A stretch of 64,000 nucleotides of DNA from Candidatus Latescibacterota bacterium (GTDB lineage Bacteria; Latescibacterota; UBA2968; UBA8231). Positions 1-9,736 of the stretch are shown here, piece after piece. Under the pieces are notes generated by a model. It had not been told where the DNA came from, searched no databases, and worked only from the letters and a program-made list of their open reading frames with translations. The position numbers were made by a program, and so were the translations under genes. The stretch covers positions 6,560,001-6,624,000 of the forward strand of contig OZ244561.1 in assembly GCA_965217585.1 (NCBI GenBank). Reading direction: 5' to 3'. The stretch's first letter is position 1; every line of letters starts with the position of its first letter.

Positions 1-837
1 CAAGGTGCGCAAAATATCTAAGCGGCGCATCGTCGCATTGACCAACCAAATTCCAGCCACTGCCCCCACCCATAGGGGTTCCAAGCCCAACGCGCCGGCC
101 ATGCCGCTGCCCAGCAGAAGTCCGGCGGCTATCATATAGTACAAGTGTCCCCTACTGACGCCGCGGGTCGCTAAGTCCACAATCAAGCCGACTAAAGCGC
201 CCAATACTAGGCACGACCCGCATTCTGCCCACGTCCCCTCAACGACGACGACCGAAGGAAAGCCCAGCGGCAAGCGCACCTCGAATCCCCCCGGGCGCAG
301 CTGCATAAGCCCCACACCGGCCAAGAGCAAGCCGGCCAGTGCGCTAGCCGAGGGCAACCAACCGGCGCTCTTTTTCTTTTTGCTGCCTCCCCTGCGGCTT
401 TGGCGCATCCAGCAAGCGGCACCCAAGCCGTAAACTCCCCATAATGCGGCCCTATCCACCCCCCCCTGAGAAAAGCCATAGCTCAGCGTCCACAAACCCA
501 AGCCCAACAAGACCAGATAGCCGATTTCCAGCAGCAGGGACCGACTAAATTGCCTGAGCAGGCGCAACTCAATGCTACACCCGATCACCAACCCGAAAAT
601 CCCCACCAAAAACGAGGTGGCCAGATTGGCCGCCGCACCGAGGATGGGCCGCATGTCCAACGGCGTGAGCAAGCCAAAAACCAACCCGGCCAACGCGTAC
701 TGTACACGGGCAGCTAAAAGCTCGGCCAAAAGGGGCGAGTGGGAAGCCCGCAACCTACAGAAGCGCACCGCTGCGTAGATCAACCCCACGACGGCCAGCC
801 CCACGCCAAAACTCAGGAGTACTTCGGCGTCAGCCAT
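1..837 (-). CDS. Multi-pass membrane protein, cation/proton antiporter-like; partial, runs off the window start
   Basis: Manually translated open frame from ATG 837 (MADAEVLLSFGVGLAVVGL...), overlapping the upstream stop; many hydrophobic helices; LGLEPLWVGAVAGIWLVN resembles a CPA-family TM motif; absent from the ORF track because no stop lies in the window. Confidence 0.6.
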   Translation of the reverse strand, partial: MADAEVLLSFGVGLAVVGLIYAAVRFCRLRASHSPLLAELLAARVQYALAGLVFGLLTPLDMRPILGAAANLATSFLVGIFGLVIGCSIELRLLRQFSRSLLLEIGYLVLLGLGLWTLSYGFSQGGVDRAALWGVYGLGAACWMRQSRRGGSKKKKSAGWLPSASALAGLLLAGVGLMQLRPGGFEVRLPLGFPSVVVVEGTWAECGSCLVLGALVGLIVDLATRGVSRGHLYYMIAAGLLLGSGMAGALGLEPLWVGAVAGIWLVNATMRRLDILRTL

Positions 838-1684
838 CGCCTGCTTCGCCCGTGTATAAATCGGGATTGCCCAACTGGGCAAAGCCCTCGTCAAACCCCT
901 GGTAGAACCTTTCCACAGCTGACTCGCCCAGCCTGACGACCTTCTCGTAGACTTGGTCTGAGGGCAACAGCGGACGAGCTAAGGCCGCGCCATCCTTAAA
1001 GCGGGCCCAGTGCTGGAGCCAATCCCCGAGGACCTTGCTCCCTAGGTGGGCAAACGCCAATGTACACAGGGGATTGGGGCGGTGGCCGGCCACGCGGATG
1101 TGCCCTCCCCACCAGAGAATTTTGGGAATTCGCTGGAGCCACCGGGCGGTGGCCTCCTCCCCTCGTTCCAGCAGGCTCTCGTCGGCATCTCGGCCGTAGA
1201 AAGCCTCCCCCACTGCCCCTAACAAGCTGTGGCCATCAGCGCGGCGGGGAAAGTGCAAGCGCGCGTTCCACAGCCCGTCCATCCCCTCGCCGGCCAGCAA
1301 GCGGCAATCAATCCCCCATTCCAAGCGCAGGTGCCACAAATCGGGCGAGGCCGGCCGGGTGCCCTCGCTGAGCAAGGCGGCCACGCAGTCCTCAACCCAA
1401 GGATGCACGGCCATATCTGTATAGACGTGCAATCCCCAACCCGCGGCAAACGCCCGCTCGTTAGCGCTGGAGGCCCCTTGGGTCAGGGCGCGCAAAAAGT
1501 CACCGGGCCGCTCCAGATGCGCGCGATGCGACAAGGCCGCGGGGCCGCCGGGGAAAAAACCGATATCCGGGCCTACAGAACCAGCGGCAAAGGCCGCCGG
1601 CATCTCTACCTCGCCCGCGCAGTCGCCAAAAACTAGGGGAAAGACGCGCTCGGCCAGCCACAAGTGGAAGAAGCTACCCGCCAA
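830..1684 (-). CDS. Zinc-dependent phospholipase C family protein
   Basis: N-terminal His, GSVGPD, GWGLHVYTDMAVHPWV and HLRLEWGID motifs. Confidence 0.7.
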   Translation of the reverse strand: MAGSFFHLWLAERVFPLVFGDCAGEVEMPAAFAAGSVGPDIGFFPGGPAALSHRAHLERPGDFLRALTQGASSANERAFAAGWGLHVYTDMAVHPWVEDCVAALLSEGTRPASPDLWHLRLEWGIDCRLLAGEGMDGLWNARLHFPRRADGHSLLGAVGEAFYGRDADESLLERGEEATARWLQRIPKILWWGGHIRVAGHRPNPLCTLAFAHLGSKVLGDWLQHWARFKDGAALARPLLPSDQVYEKVVRLGESAVERFYQGFDEGFAQLGNPDLYTGEAGDG

Positions 1685-1687
1685 ACT

Positions 1688-2206
1688 CTAGAACGGCAGG
1701 TCGTCGTCATCGCCACCCGGCGGCGGGGGCGCGGCGGGCTGAGTGCCAGGCTGAGTGCCAGCGCGATCGCCGTCATAGCCCGAACCACCGCCAGTGCGCC
1801 CATCGCCAAAGTCCGAACCGCCGCCAGCACGACTGCCGCCCTCGTCACCATAGCCCGAACCACCGCCCTCGCCGCGAGAATCGAGCATCTGCATGTCGTT
1901 GACCACGACCTCGGTCATATAGCGCTTCTGGCCGCTCTGGTCGTCCCAAGAACGAGTCTGCAACCTGCCCTCGACATAGATCTTAGCACCCTTTTTGAGG
2001 TACTGCCCGGCGATCTCGGCCAGCTTGCTCCAGAGCACGAGCCGGTGCCACTCGGTCCGCTCCTGGCGCTGGCCATCCTTGTCGTTCCAAGACTCGTTGG
2101 TCGCCAAGCTGAAATTGGCTACGGGCGCGCCATTTGGCGTGTATTTCACTTCGGGGTCGCTGCCCAAATTGCCGATCAAGATTACTTTGTTTACCCCACG
2201 GGCCAT
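1688..2206 (-). CDS. ssb: Single-stranded DNA-binding protein
   Basis: [27 protein letters not shown]-rich linker, C-terminal DDDDLPF; AAGGAG RBS upstream of ATG 2206. Confidence 0.97.
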   Translation of the reverse strand: MARGVNKVILIGNLGSDPEVKYTPNGAPVANFSLATNESWNDKDGQRQERTEWHRLVLWSKLAEIAGQYLKKGAKIYVEGRLQTRSWDDQSGQKRYMTEVVVNDMQMLDSRGEGGGSGYGDEGGSRAGGGSDFGDGRTGGGSGYDGDRAGTQPGTQPAAPPPPGGDDDDLPF

Positions 2207-2327
2207 ATATTCGCTCCTTTTTGCGGGCGCGCCGCAAGCGCGTACGCACCCATTAATGTTCGCAATTTCGCTTATCTTAGGCGCAAGCCTTGGCCCAGTC
2301 AAGGCCAGCCCCAGCCCTCCGGCGGGC

Positions 2328-2356
2328 TTGACTTTCTCCGATGGCTTCCCTATTCT
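2328..2356 (+). promoter_or_regulatory. Sigma-70-type promoter for ftsA
   Basis: TTGACT-N17-TATTCT about 200 nt upstream of the ftsA ATG. Confidence 0.55.
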
Positions 2357-2561
2357 TCCATATCCTTAATTATTTAAGTGCTTACGGTGGGCCGACTTCC
2401 CCCTTTGTCTGGCGTTGTAAGCACTAGTAATTTGGGGTCGAGTGCCCCAATCCGTCGCATCACTGCCGCTAGACGGTAGCCTTTCTCCCCCCAGTACGTC
2501 CTCGCCTTGCTCCTGCTGCGCTGCATTTTGCGGCTGCGCTTAGAAAGAAGGTACGCCGACC

Positions 2562-3776
2562 ATGGCTGGATCCCCCGTCGTCGTTCTCGATGTTGGTGCC
2601 TCAAAAGTTCTATGCCTAGTCGGCGAGGTGCAAAACAATTCCCAAGTCAAAATCTTGGGCCTAGGGCAAAGCCCCTGCACCGGACTGCGCCGCAGCACCG
2701 TCATCGACATGCCCCAAGTAGCAGAGTCCATCCGCGCGGCCCTCGCCGAAGCCGAGCGCTCGACCGGCCTCAAAATCGCCGGGGCCTACCTGGGCATGGC
2801 CGGCGAAGGCATCAGCGCCCAGACGAGTCCCAGCACGGTAGGCATCTCCGGCTCCTCCAACCCCATCTCCGAAGAGGACCGGGACCGCGCCCTACTCGCC
2901 GTCGCGCAGGAACAGATCGCCGAAGACCAGACGGTGATACACCGCTTCGTCCAGAGCTATGCCGTCGATGGAGAGCTGGTGCAAAACCCGCTCTGGCTGC
3001 ACGGCAACCGCCTGTCAATCGAGGTGTTGACCGTTTCTGTGGCCGAACATCTATGCACGGCCTTTCGCCACGCTGCCTCCAAGGCCGGCGTTGAGATCGC
3101 CGGCGTCGTCCTCGAAAGCGTCGGCGTTGCCCACGCCATTTTGTCTCAAGACGAGCGCGACATGGGCGTCGCCCTGCTCGATCTCGGTGCCGGCACCTGC
3201 GACCTAGCCGTTTTCCAAGGTCCAATGCGGCACGTGGAGGAAATTCCGCTGGGGGGCGACGATATAACGCGCGATCTCTCGGTCGTTTTGAGCATCCCAA
3301 TCCGCGAAGCCGAGCAGCTCAAATGCCGCTTCGGCAGCGTTAGCTGTCCCGGGGAAGACGGCGATGAGACCGTCACGTACCACACGACCGCCGGCCGCGC
3401 CTGTACCTTAACCAAGCAGCAGGTCAGCATGGTCATCGAAGCCCGGCAGCGCGAGATTTTTGAGTACGTGCGCCAAGCCCTCGTCAATACCCCATACAAC
3501 GACCGCTTGGCCGCTGGCATCGTGCTCACCGGCGGCGGGGCCGCACTCGAGCAGATCGCGCCGCTCGCCGAGGAGGTGTTCGGTCACCACGTCCGCATTG
3601 GCGTCCCCCAAGACGTGATCGCCCCGATCGCGGTCAACGACCCCAGCTATGCCACCGCGATCGGGCTGTTGCGCTTTGTCGCCGATGGACACAGCGCCCC
3701 GGTCGAGTCGCCCGACGCCGACCGGACCCGCAACAGCGTTGCCCACGCGCTGGGCAAACTGTTCAATTTCTTTTAA
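2562..3776 (+). CDS. ftsA: Cell division protein FtsA (not flanked by ftsQ/ftsZ)
   Basis: LDVGASKV, LDLGAGTCD, IPLGGDDITRD, EAEQLK, VLTGGGA, YATAIGL and C-terminal amphipathic LGKLFNFF. Confidence 0.92.
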   Translation: MAGSPVVVLDVGASKVLCLVGEVQNNSQVKILGLGQSPCTGLRRSTVIDMPQVAESIRAALAEAERSTGLKIAGAYLGMAGEGISAQTSPSTVGISGSSNPISEEDRDRALLAVAQEQIAEDQTVIHRFVQSYAVDGELVQNPLWLHGNRLSIEVLTVSVAEHLCTAFRHAASKAGVEIAGVVLESVGVAHAILSQDERDMGVALLDLGAGTCDLAVFQGPMRHVEEIPLGGDDITRDLSVVLSIPIREAEQLKCRFGSVSCPGEDGDETVTYHTTAGRACTLTKQQVSMVIEARQREIFEYVRQALVNTPYNDRLAAGIVLTGGGAALEQIAPLAEEVFGHHVRIGVPQDVIAPIAVNDPSYATAIGLLRFVADGHSAPVESPDADRTRNSVAHALGKLFNFF

Positions 3777-3801
3777 TGCGCAGCGCGGACCGGGGCGGTT
3801 C

Positions 3802-3830
3802 TTGACACCGTAGCTGGCCTCGCCTAGTTT
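3802..3830 (+). promoter_or_regulatory. Sigma-70-type promoter for tRNA-Thr
   Basis: TTGACA-N17-TAGTTT, 15 nt before the tRNA. Confidence 0.6.
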
Positions 3831-3845
3831 CTTCTTCACAGCATG

Positions 3846-3921
3846 GCCGCCATAGCTCAGTTGGTAGAGCAACTCACTCGTAATGAGTAGGTCCCCGGTT
3901 CAAGTCCGGGTGGCGGCTCCA
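3846..3921 (+). tRNA. tRNA-Thr(CGT)
   Basis: Acceptor stem GCCGCCA/TGGCGGC, D arm TAGCTCAGTTGGTAGAGC, anticodon arm ACTCA-CT-CGT-AA-TGAGT, T loop GGTTCAAGTCC, encoded CCA. Confidence 0.97.
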
Positions 3922-3927
3922 CAACGC

Positions 3928-3990
3928 AACGAGGGCTTGCGCACTAGTTCGGCCCCAGTACTGAGGCCGGACGGCTCGCAAGCCCTCGTT
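3928..3990 (+). terminator. Long hairpin downstream of the tRNA (terminator or processing structure)
   Basis: 14-bp perfect stem AACGAGGGCTTGCG/CGCAAGCCCTCGTT enclosing a second stem (3948-3971); U tract is weak. Confidence 0.5.
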
Positions 3991-4016
3991 TACATTGACC
4001 CCTTCCCGCTCAGCCT

Positions 4017-4430
4017 GTGTCTGTTCTAGATCTCCCCACGCTAAACGCCTGCCTCAACACCTTGTGCGTGTTCCTGCTCGTGCGCGGCTTCCTGCAGATC
4101 CGCCGCGGTGCGCGCCAAGCCCACCAAAAGTCTATGCTAGGTGCCCTCGTCTGCTCCGCGCTCTTCCTCTGTTCGTATTTGGTTTACCACGTTCAGGTAG
4201 GTTCGGTGCCCTATCCCCACCACGACTGGACCCGCCCCCTGTACTTCGCCGTGCTCATACCCCACGTGGTCCTCGCTGCGCTGATGGCTCCTTTCGTGGC
4301 CCTCGTCGTCTGGCGCGCTTACAACCAAGATTTCGCCCGCCACCGCCGGTTGGCGCGCTGGGTCTGGCCGGTGTGGATATTTGTCTCGGTTAGCGGCGTG
4401 GTGGTCTATCTAATGCTCTACCGGCTCTGA
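4017..4430 (+). CDS. DUF420 family membrane protein
   Basis: LPTLNACLN, AHQKSM, LFLCSYLVYH, YFAVLIPHVVLA, HRRLARWVWPVWIFVSVSGVVVYLML. Confidence 0.85.
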   Translation: MSVLDLPTLNACLNTLCVFLLVRGFLQIRRGARQAHQKSMLGALVCSALFLCSYLVYHVQVGSVPYPHHDWTRPLYFAVLIPHVVLAALMAPFVALVVWRAYNQDFARHRRLARWVWPVWIFVSVSGVVVYLMLYRL

Positions 4431-4432
4431 AA

Positions 4433-5197
4433 TCAGGGGCCACGACTGCGAGCCACCATCCAAGCGGCCCCGGCGGTCGTCAGCACTGTCCAGCCGCCGG
4501 TGACCAGTAAAGCGCGCACAAACGCCGCGTCGGCTATCAGTTGGGCCGGTGACAAGTAGAACGCCTTGCGCAAAACGACCAGCGCGTAAGTCACGGGATT
4601 GCACTGCATCACCCACTCGAGCCAAGGCGCGGCCCCTTCAATGGGAAAGAGCGCACCGGAAAGAAACCACAAGGGGATGAGCACGACGCTCATCACCGCG
4701 TGGTAGCCAGCCACTGAATCCAACTTCCACGCGACCATGAAGCCCAAACCCGTGAAACCCATGCCGATCAGCGCGCAGAGGGCCAAGAGCGCCAAGATCA
4801 TCTCCACAGCCAAGCCAATGCCGGCTACCGGCGCCAGCAGCAAAAATACAAGCACCTGCAAGAGGGCGATGAGCGTACCACCGATTAGCTTGCCCAGTGC
4901 TATGCTCAGGCGTGGCACCGGGGCTACTAGCACGCCTTGTAAAAAGCCGACGCTGCGGTCTTCGATGAGGGTGATGGTGGAAAAAATCGCCGCGAATAGC
5001 AGGAGCATCAGCACGACGCCCGGATAGAAGAATTCTCCGTAGCTCAACTCGCTGCCCCCGCTGATGAAGCTATCGGCAAAACCCGAGCCCATGAAAAACC
5101 ACAGCATCAGCGGCTGCACCAAGCTCCCCAGAAGCCGAGAAGGCTGACGGAAAAAGCGCAGCACTTCGCGCTGGGCCAGAATCCAGACGCCGTTCAA
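4433..5197 (-). CDS. ABC-2 type exporter permease
   Basis: About 6 TM helices; LAQREVLRFFRQ, EDRSVGFLQGVLVAPV, FLSGALFP, NPVTY. Confidence 0.88.
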   Translation of the reverse strand: MNGVWILAQREVLRFFRQPSRLLGSLVQPLMLWFFMGSGFADSFISGGSELSYGEFFYPGVVLMLLLFAAIFSTITLIEDRSVGFLQGVLVAPVPRLSIALGKLIGGTLIALLQVLVFLLLAPVAGIGLAVEMILALLALCALIGMGFTGLGFMVAWKLDSVAGYHAVMSVVLIPLWFLSGALFPIEGAAPWLEWVMQCNPVTYALVVLRKAFYLSPAQLIADAAFVRALLVTGGWTVLTTAGAAWMVARSRGP

Positions 5198-6147
5198 GCG
5201 GCGTTTCCTTCCTCGAGGTGCTGGCCGGTATGGCGCACGAACACATCGTCGAGCGAAGGAGGGGCCAGTGACAGCGAGCGGATCTGGGAGCCGAAGCGCT
5301 GAAATACCTCGTCGAGGCTGATGCCGCTTTTGAGTGGGACGCGCAAGTCCTGATCGACTACTAGACCCTCTAGGCCCATGGCGTGACGCAGTGCGGCTTG
5401 TAGCGCGACCGCATCGTCGCTGCGCAGCGTGAGGATTTCACGCCCCAATTGGCGCTGTAAGACCCTTGGGGGACCGCAGACGAGTAGCTGCCCTTGGTGC
5501 AAAATGGCGACTCGATCAGCGCGCTCGGCTTCGTCTAAGAGGTGGGTCGAGACCACGACCGTGAGCTGTTCATCCGCCCTGAGAGCCTCCACTTGGTGCC
5601 AGAAATCTTGGCGCGCCACTGGATCCAACCCGGCCGTCGGCTCGTCGAGCAAGAGAATCGTCGGCGTTGGCAGCAGCGCTTTGGCCAATTCAACGCGCCG
5701 CCGCATGCCTCCAGACAGCTTCTCCACTCGTTCGTTGCGCCGCTCCCACAAGCCGACGGCCTCCAGCAGCCGTTGGCTGCGCTGGCGCACGGAGCGGCGG
5801 CCCATGCCGTAGAGCAAACCCGCTGTCCACAAGTTTTCGCCGACCGTCATTTTCCCATCGAGTGCAGGATTTTGAAAGACCACTCCCAATTGGCGGCGCA
5901 CCGCCGACGGATTTTGCCCCAAGAGCGCATCGCCGACTCGCACCGCGCCCGAGGTCGGCACCAGTGCGGTGGTCAGCACGCGCAGGAGCGTGGATTTACC
6001 ACTGCCATTAGGCCCCAACAGGGCCATCGTCTCCCCGGAATGGATGTCGAGATCGATCTCTTGGAGCGCACGGCGGCCCTTTCTCTTGCGCGTACCCGCA
6101 TAGACGTGAGAAAGCTGCGAGATGCTGATGAGCACTTGGGGGTCCAA
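5194..6147 (-). CDS. ABC exporter ATP-binding protein (DrrA/NodI-like)
   Basis: GPNGSGKST, LSGGM, LLLDEPTAGLD, STH; TTG start 6147 preceded by CAGGAG. Confidence 0.9.
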   Translation of the reverse strand: MDPQVLISISQLSHVYAGTRKRKGRRALQEIDLDIHSGETMALLGPNGSGKSTLLRVLTTALVPTSGAVRVGDALLGQNPSAVRRQLGVVFQNPALDGKMTVGENLWTAGLLYGMGRRSVRQRSQRLLEAVGLWERRNERVEKLSGGMRRRVELAKALLPTPTILLLDEPTAGLDPVARQDFWHQVEALRADEQLTVVVSTHLLDEAERADRVAILHQGQLLVCGPPRVLQRQLGREILTLRSDDAVALQAALRHAMGLEGLVVDQDLRVPLKSGISLDEVFQRFGSQIRSLSLAPPSLDDVFVRHTGQHLEEGNAA

Positions 6148-6415
6148 CGGAAATCTCCTGAAATCGAAAGGGCTGGGCGCGTTGAGGCTACAAGACAAAA
6201 AATTGGGAAATTAACCGATTCCTAGCCAGCGTCAAGAAAGCGATACAGATTGACACTGCTTGCCTTTTCGTATAAATTTTCGTCTTCAGTCTTGGTTGTA
6301 AAAAAATTTCCGATCCATACTTTTGCGCTAGACCTTAAGTTCGCAGCCCGCGTCCTCTATGGATGGGCGCGAAGCTCGGCACACCCGAATCACTTTTTTA
6401 GGTAGGGCCGACAGT

Positions 6416-7447
6416 ATGTCAACTCAAACCAAGTCTGCACGCTGGTACCGCACACTCTTGCTCGGCGCGGCTATCGCGCTGGTGGGAGCGGCGTTGCCGC
6501 TTGGGGCGTTGTGGTATTTGAACCAACCGACCTACGAATACCCAGCGCGCCAGATCCACATCCCCCAAGGCGCGAGCGCCCGCTGGATCGGCCAGTTGTT
6601 AGAGCGGGAAAACCTGATCCATAACGCGCACGTTTTTGCCTGGACCGTCCGGCTCAAGGGCCTCGGGCATCAGCTCAAGGCGGGTACCTATCAGCTCGAC
6701 GGCACCGGCACGACAGCCGCCATTGCCCAATCCCTGCTCAAGGCCCCCATCCAGACCCAGCCCGCGACGATCCCCGAAGGCCTGAATCGCCACCAGATCG
6801 CGGGCCAGCTACAGGCCGCAGGCGTGGCGGACTCCGCCCGCTTTATCGCCGCCACCGAAGATTCGCATTTCATCCGCCAGCTCGGCGTGGACGCGCCCAC
6901 TCTCGAAGGCTACCTCTTCCCCGAGACGTACTTCTTCGACCTAAACGTCGATGAACGCGCCATCGCCTCCCTCATGGTCAACCAGTTCCACCGCGTATTC
7001 ACCGACTCTCTGCGCCAGCAACTCAAGGCGCGTGGTCTTTCGCTGCACCAAGCCGTGACGTTAGCCTCGATCGTCGAGCGTGAAGCTGTAGCCGTCGAGG
7101 AGCAACCCATTATCTCCGGCGTCTTCCAGCGCCGCCTCAAGCTCAACCGCCGCCTCGAATCCTGCGCGACCGTCAACTACGCTCTCGGCACCTCCAAGAA
7201 GCGGCTGACCTATGCCGACTTGGAGGTGGATTCGCCCTTCAACACCTATCTCCACCACGGCCTGCCCCCCGGACCCATTAGCAATCCCGGCCGCACAGCC
7301 CTCCTCGCCGTACTCTACCCCGAGGAAACCGAGTATCTCTACTTCGTCTCCCGCGGCGACGGTACCCACATCTTCAGCCGCACCAACAAGGAACACGAGC
7401 GCGCCAAGCGCCGGATCAAGCTAGCCCAGCGTATGCAGACGAACTGA
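6416..7447 (+). CDS. mltG: Endolytic transglycosylase MltG
   Basis: N-terminal TM, TIPEG, LEGYLFPETY, LASIVERE, SPFNTY, GLPPGPISNPG, YLYFV. Confidence 0.93.
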   Translation: MSTQTKSARWYRTLLLGAAIALVGAALPLGALWYLNQPTYEYPARQIHIPQGASARWIGQLLERENLIHNAHVFAWTVRLKGLGHQLKAGTYQLDGTGTTAAIAQSLLKAPIQTQPATIPEGLNRHQIAGQLQAAGVADSARFIAATEDSHFIRQLGVDAPTLEGYLFPETYFFDLNVDERAIASLMVNQFHRVFTDSLRQQLKARGLSLHQAVTLASIVEREAVAVEEQPIISGVFQRRLKLNRRLESCATVNYALGTSKKRLTYADLEVDSPFNTYLHHGLPPGPISNPGRTALLAVLYPEETEYLYFVSRGDGTHIFSRTNKEHERAKRRIKLAQRMQTN

Positions 7448-7449
7448 GG

Positions 7450-9666
7450 ATGTCCATACTAGACGCCCTCAATCCAGAGCAACGCCGCGCCGCCGAGACC
7501 GAGGGCGGTCCGCTGTTGATCCTCGCCGGGGCCGGTTCGGGCAAAACCCGCGTGCTCACTCATCGCATCGCCTTCCTCATCAAAGAAGTCGGCGTGGCCC
7601 CGTGGCGCATCCTCGCCGCGACCTTTACCAACAAGGCCGCGGGCGAAATGCGCGAGCGCATCGAGCAGCTAGTCGGATCGGCCGCCGCCGATCTATGGAT
7701 CGGCACCTTCCACTCGATCTGTGCACGCATCCTCCGCCACCAAGCCGAAGGGTTTGGTTTAGATCCCAACTTCTCCATCTATGACGAAGACGACCGCCGC
7801 GCCACCATCCGCCGCGTCCTCGACGCCCACCAGATCGACGAGCGCGAGCTCGCCCCGCGCGCGGTCGTCAGCCAGATCAGCCGCGCCAAGAATGCCATGC
7901 TCGACCCGTTGGAATTTGCTCACCAAGCGAGCGAGAACCAGCGGCAAATCGCCGAACTCTACGCCGACTACGAGCGCGAGTTGCGCCGCAACCAAGCTCT
8001 TGATTTTGACGATCTGCTCGTCGAGGTCGTGCGCCAGTTCGACCGCCACCCGGACATTCTGCAAATCTACCAAGAGCGCTTTGAGCACCTGCTCGTCGAT
8101 GAATACCAAGACACGAACCGACCCCAGTACTTGCTCTGCCGCCAGCTAGCGGCCCGCCACCGCAACATCTGCGTGGTCGGGGACGACGACCAGTCGATCT
8201 ACCAATTTCGCGGTGCCGACATCCGCAACATCCTCGACTTTGAGCGCGATTACCCGGACGCCCGCAGCGTGAGGCTGGAGCAAAACTACCGCTCCACCGG
8301 CCGCATTCTCGCCGCAGCCAACGCCGTCATCAGCCACAACCAAGGCCGCAAAGGCAAAGAGCTGTGGACGGCCGGCCCCGAGGGCGACCCGGTCGCGGTC
8401 GTCGAATGCGACTCGGACCGCCGCGAGGCCCGCCACGTGGTCGATGCCATCCGCCGCTACGACCGCTTGGGACGCTACGGCCTCGGGGACGCCGCCGTGC
8501 TCTACCGCACCAATGCCCAGTCGCGACCCTTTGAAGAGGAGCTACAGCGCGCCGGCCTCTCCTATGTAATCGTCGGGGGTATCCGCTTTTACGATCGCCG
8601 AGAAATCCGCGACGTGCTATCCTATTTGCGTCTGTTGGTCAACCCGGCCGACGACATTGCCCTGCGCCGCATCGTCAATACGCCCCGGCGCGGCATTGGC
8701 GACACCTCCCTCGACCGCTTGCAGGCTTTCGCCCAAGCCAAGGGCTGGAGCCTCTCCACGGCGCTCGAACACCTCGACGACGTACCCGGCCTCAGCGGCC
8801 GCGCGCAAAAGAGCCTCGCAGCTTTCGCCGCCCTGATCGGCGAGCTGATGGCAGCCACCGAGGCGCTCTCCCTGCCCGAACTAGGCTTTGCCGTCGTCGA
8901 AAAGAGTGGGTACCGCGCGATGCTCGCGGACGAAAACACCCCAGAAGCCGAGGCGCGCTTGCAGAATCTCGACCAGTTACTGGCCGAAATGACCGAGTAC
9001 GCGGACGCGAACCCCGACTCGACTTTAGCGACCTATCTCGAAGAAAAGTCGCTGCTGACCTCGGCGGACGAAAGCGACAGCGATGGCAACGCCATTACCT
9101 TGATGACTCTACACAGCGCCAAGGGCCTAGAGTTTCCCTTGGTTTTTGTCTGCGGCCTCGAAGAAAACCTCTTCCCCACGGCGCGGGCCGTCGGCGATCC
9201 CCAAGCCATTGAAGAGGAGCGCCGGCTCTGCTACGTGGGCATGACCCGTGCGCAAGAGCAGCTCAGTCTCACCTACGCCCTGCGCCGCTATGCGTACGGC
9301 TCACTGCTAGCGACCGAACCCTCGCGTTTTTTGGGCGAAATCCCTGCCGAGCTGACGGCCCAGAGCTACGAGTTGGACCGCGGTTTTGCCCGCTCGCGGC
9401 AGCGCGTCGACCCGCCGCGCCGCAAAAAGGCTCCCGAGGGGGTCCACTACGAGTGGGACGCCGAGCGGGAGCGGTCGCCTGGCTTCGACGAGCTTGTCGC
9501 CCAAGACGACTTCCTCGCCGTTGGCCAGTGGGTGCGCCACCCCCAATGGGGTCGCGGCCAGATCGTCAACCGCGAAGGGCACGGCGAAAAAATGAAGCTC
9601 TCGATCCGCTTTCAGACGCGGATCAAACGCATCGCCGTCGCGTACGCCCAGCTCGAACCTGCCTGA
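7450..9666 (+). CDS. pcrA: ATP-dependent DNA helicase PcrA/UvrD
   Basis: LAGAGSGKT, TFTNKAA, VDEYQD, VGDDDQSIY, LEQNYRS, TLHSAKGLEF, EERRLCYVGMTRA, C-terminal Tudor-like VRHPQWGRG. Confidence 0.95.
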   Translation: MSILDALNPEQRRAAETEGGPLLILAGAGSGKTRVLTHRIAFLIKEVGVAPWRILAATFTNKAAGEMRERIEQLVGSAAADLWIGTFHSICARILRHQAEGFGLDPNFSIYDEDDRRATIRRVLDAHQIDERELAPRAVVSQISRAKNAMLDPLEFAHQASENQRQIAELYADYERELRRNQALDFDDLLVEVVRQFDRHPDILQIYQERFEHLLVDEYQDTNRPQYLLCRQLAARHRNICVVGDDDQSIYQFRGADIRNILDFERDYPDARSVRLEQNYRSTGRILAAANAVISHNQGRKGKELWTAGPEGDPVAVVECDSDRREARHVVDAIRRYDRLGRYGLGDAAVLYRTNAQSRPFEEELQRAGLSYVIVGGIRFYDRREIRDVLSYLRLLVNPADDIALRRIVNTPRRGIGDTSLDRLQAFAQAKGWSLSTALEHLDDVPGLSGRAQKSLAAFAALIGELMAATEALSLPELGFAVVEKSGYRAMLADENTPEAEARLQNLDQLLAEMTEYADANPDSTLATYLEEKSLLTSADESDSDGNAITLMTLHSAKGLEFPLVFVCGLEENLFPTARAVGDPQAIEEERRLCYVGMTRAQEQLSLTYALRRYAYGSLLATEPSRFLGEIPAELTAQSYELDRGFARSRQRVDPPRRKKAPEGVHYEWDAERERSPGFDELVAQDDFLAVGQWVRHPQWGRGQIVNREGHGEKMKLSIRFQTRIKRIAVAYAQLEPA

Positions 9667-9736
9667 GCGGCCCATTGCCCCAGAGAGGGTCGATCTTTAG
9701 TTTTTATAACTTATCTCATTTCCTTGTTCTCGACTT

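Noticed and set aside
3846-3921. tRNA-anchored genomic island
   Set aside because: No integrase and no second copy of the tRNA 3' end noticed in the window
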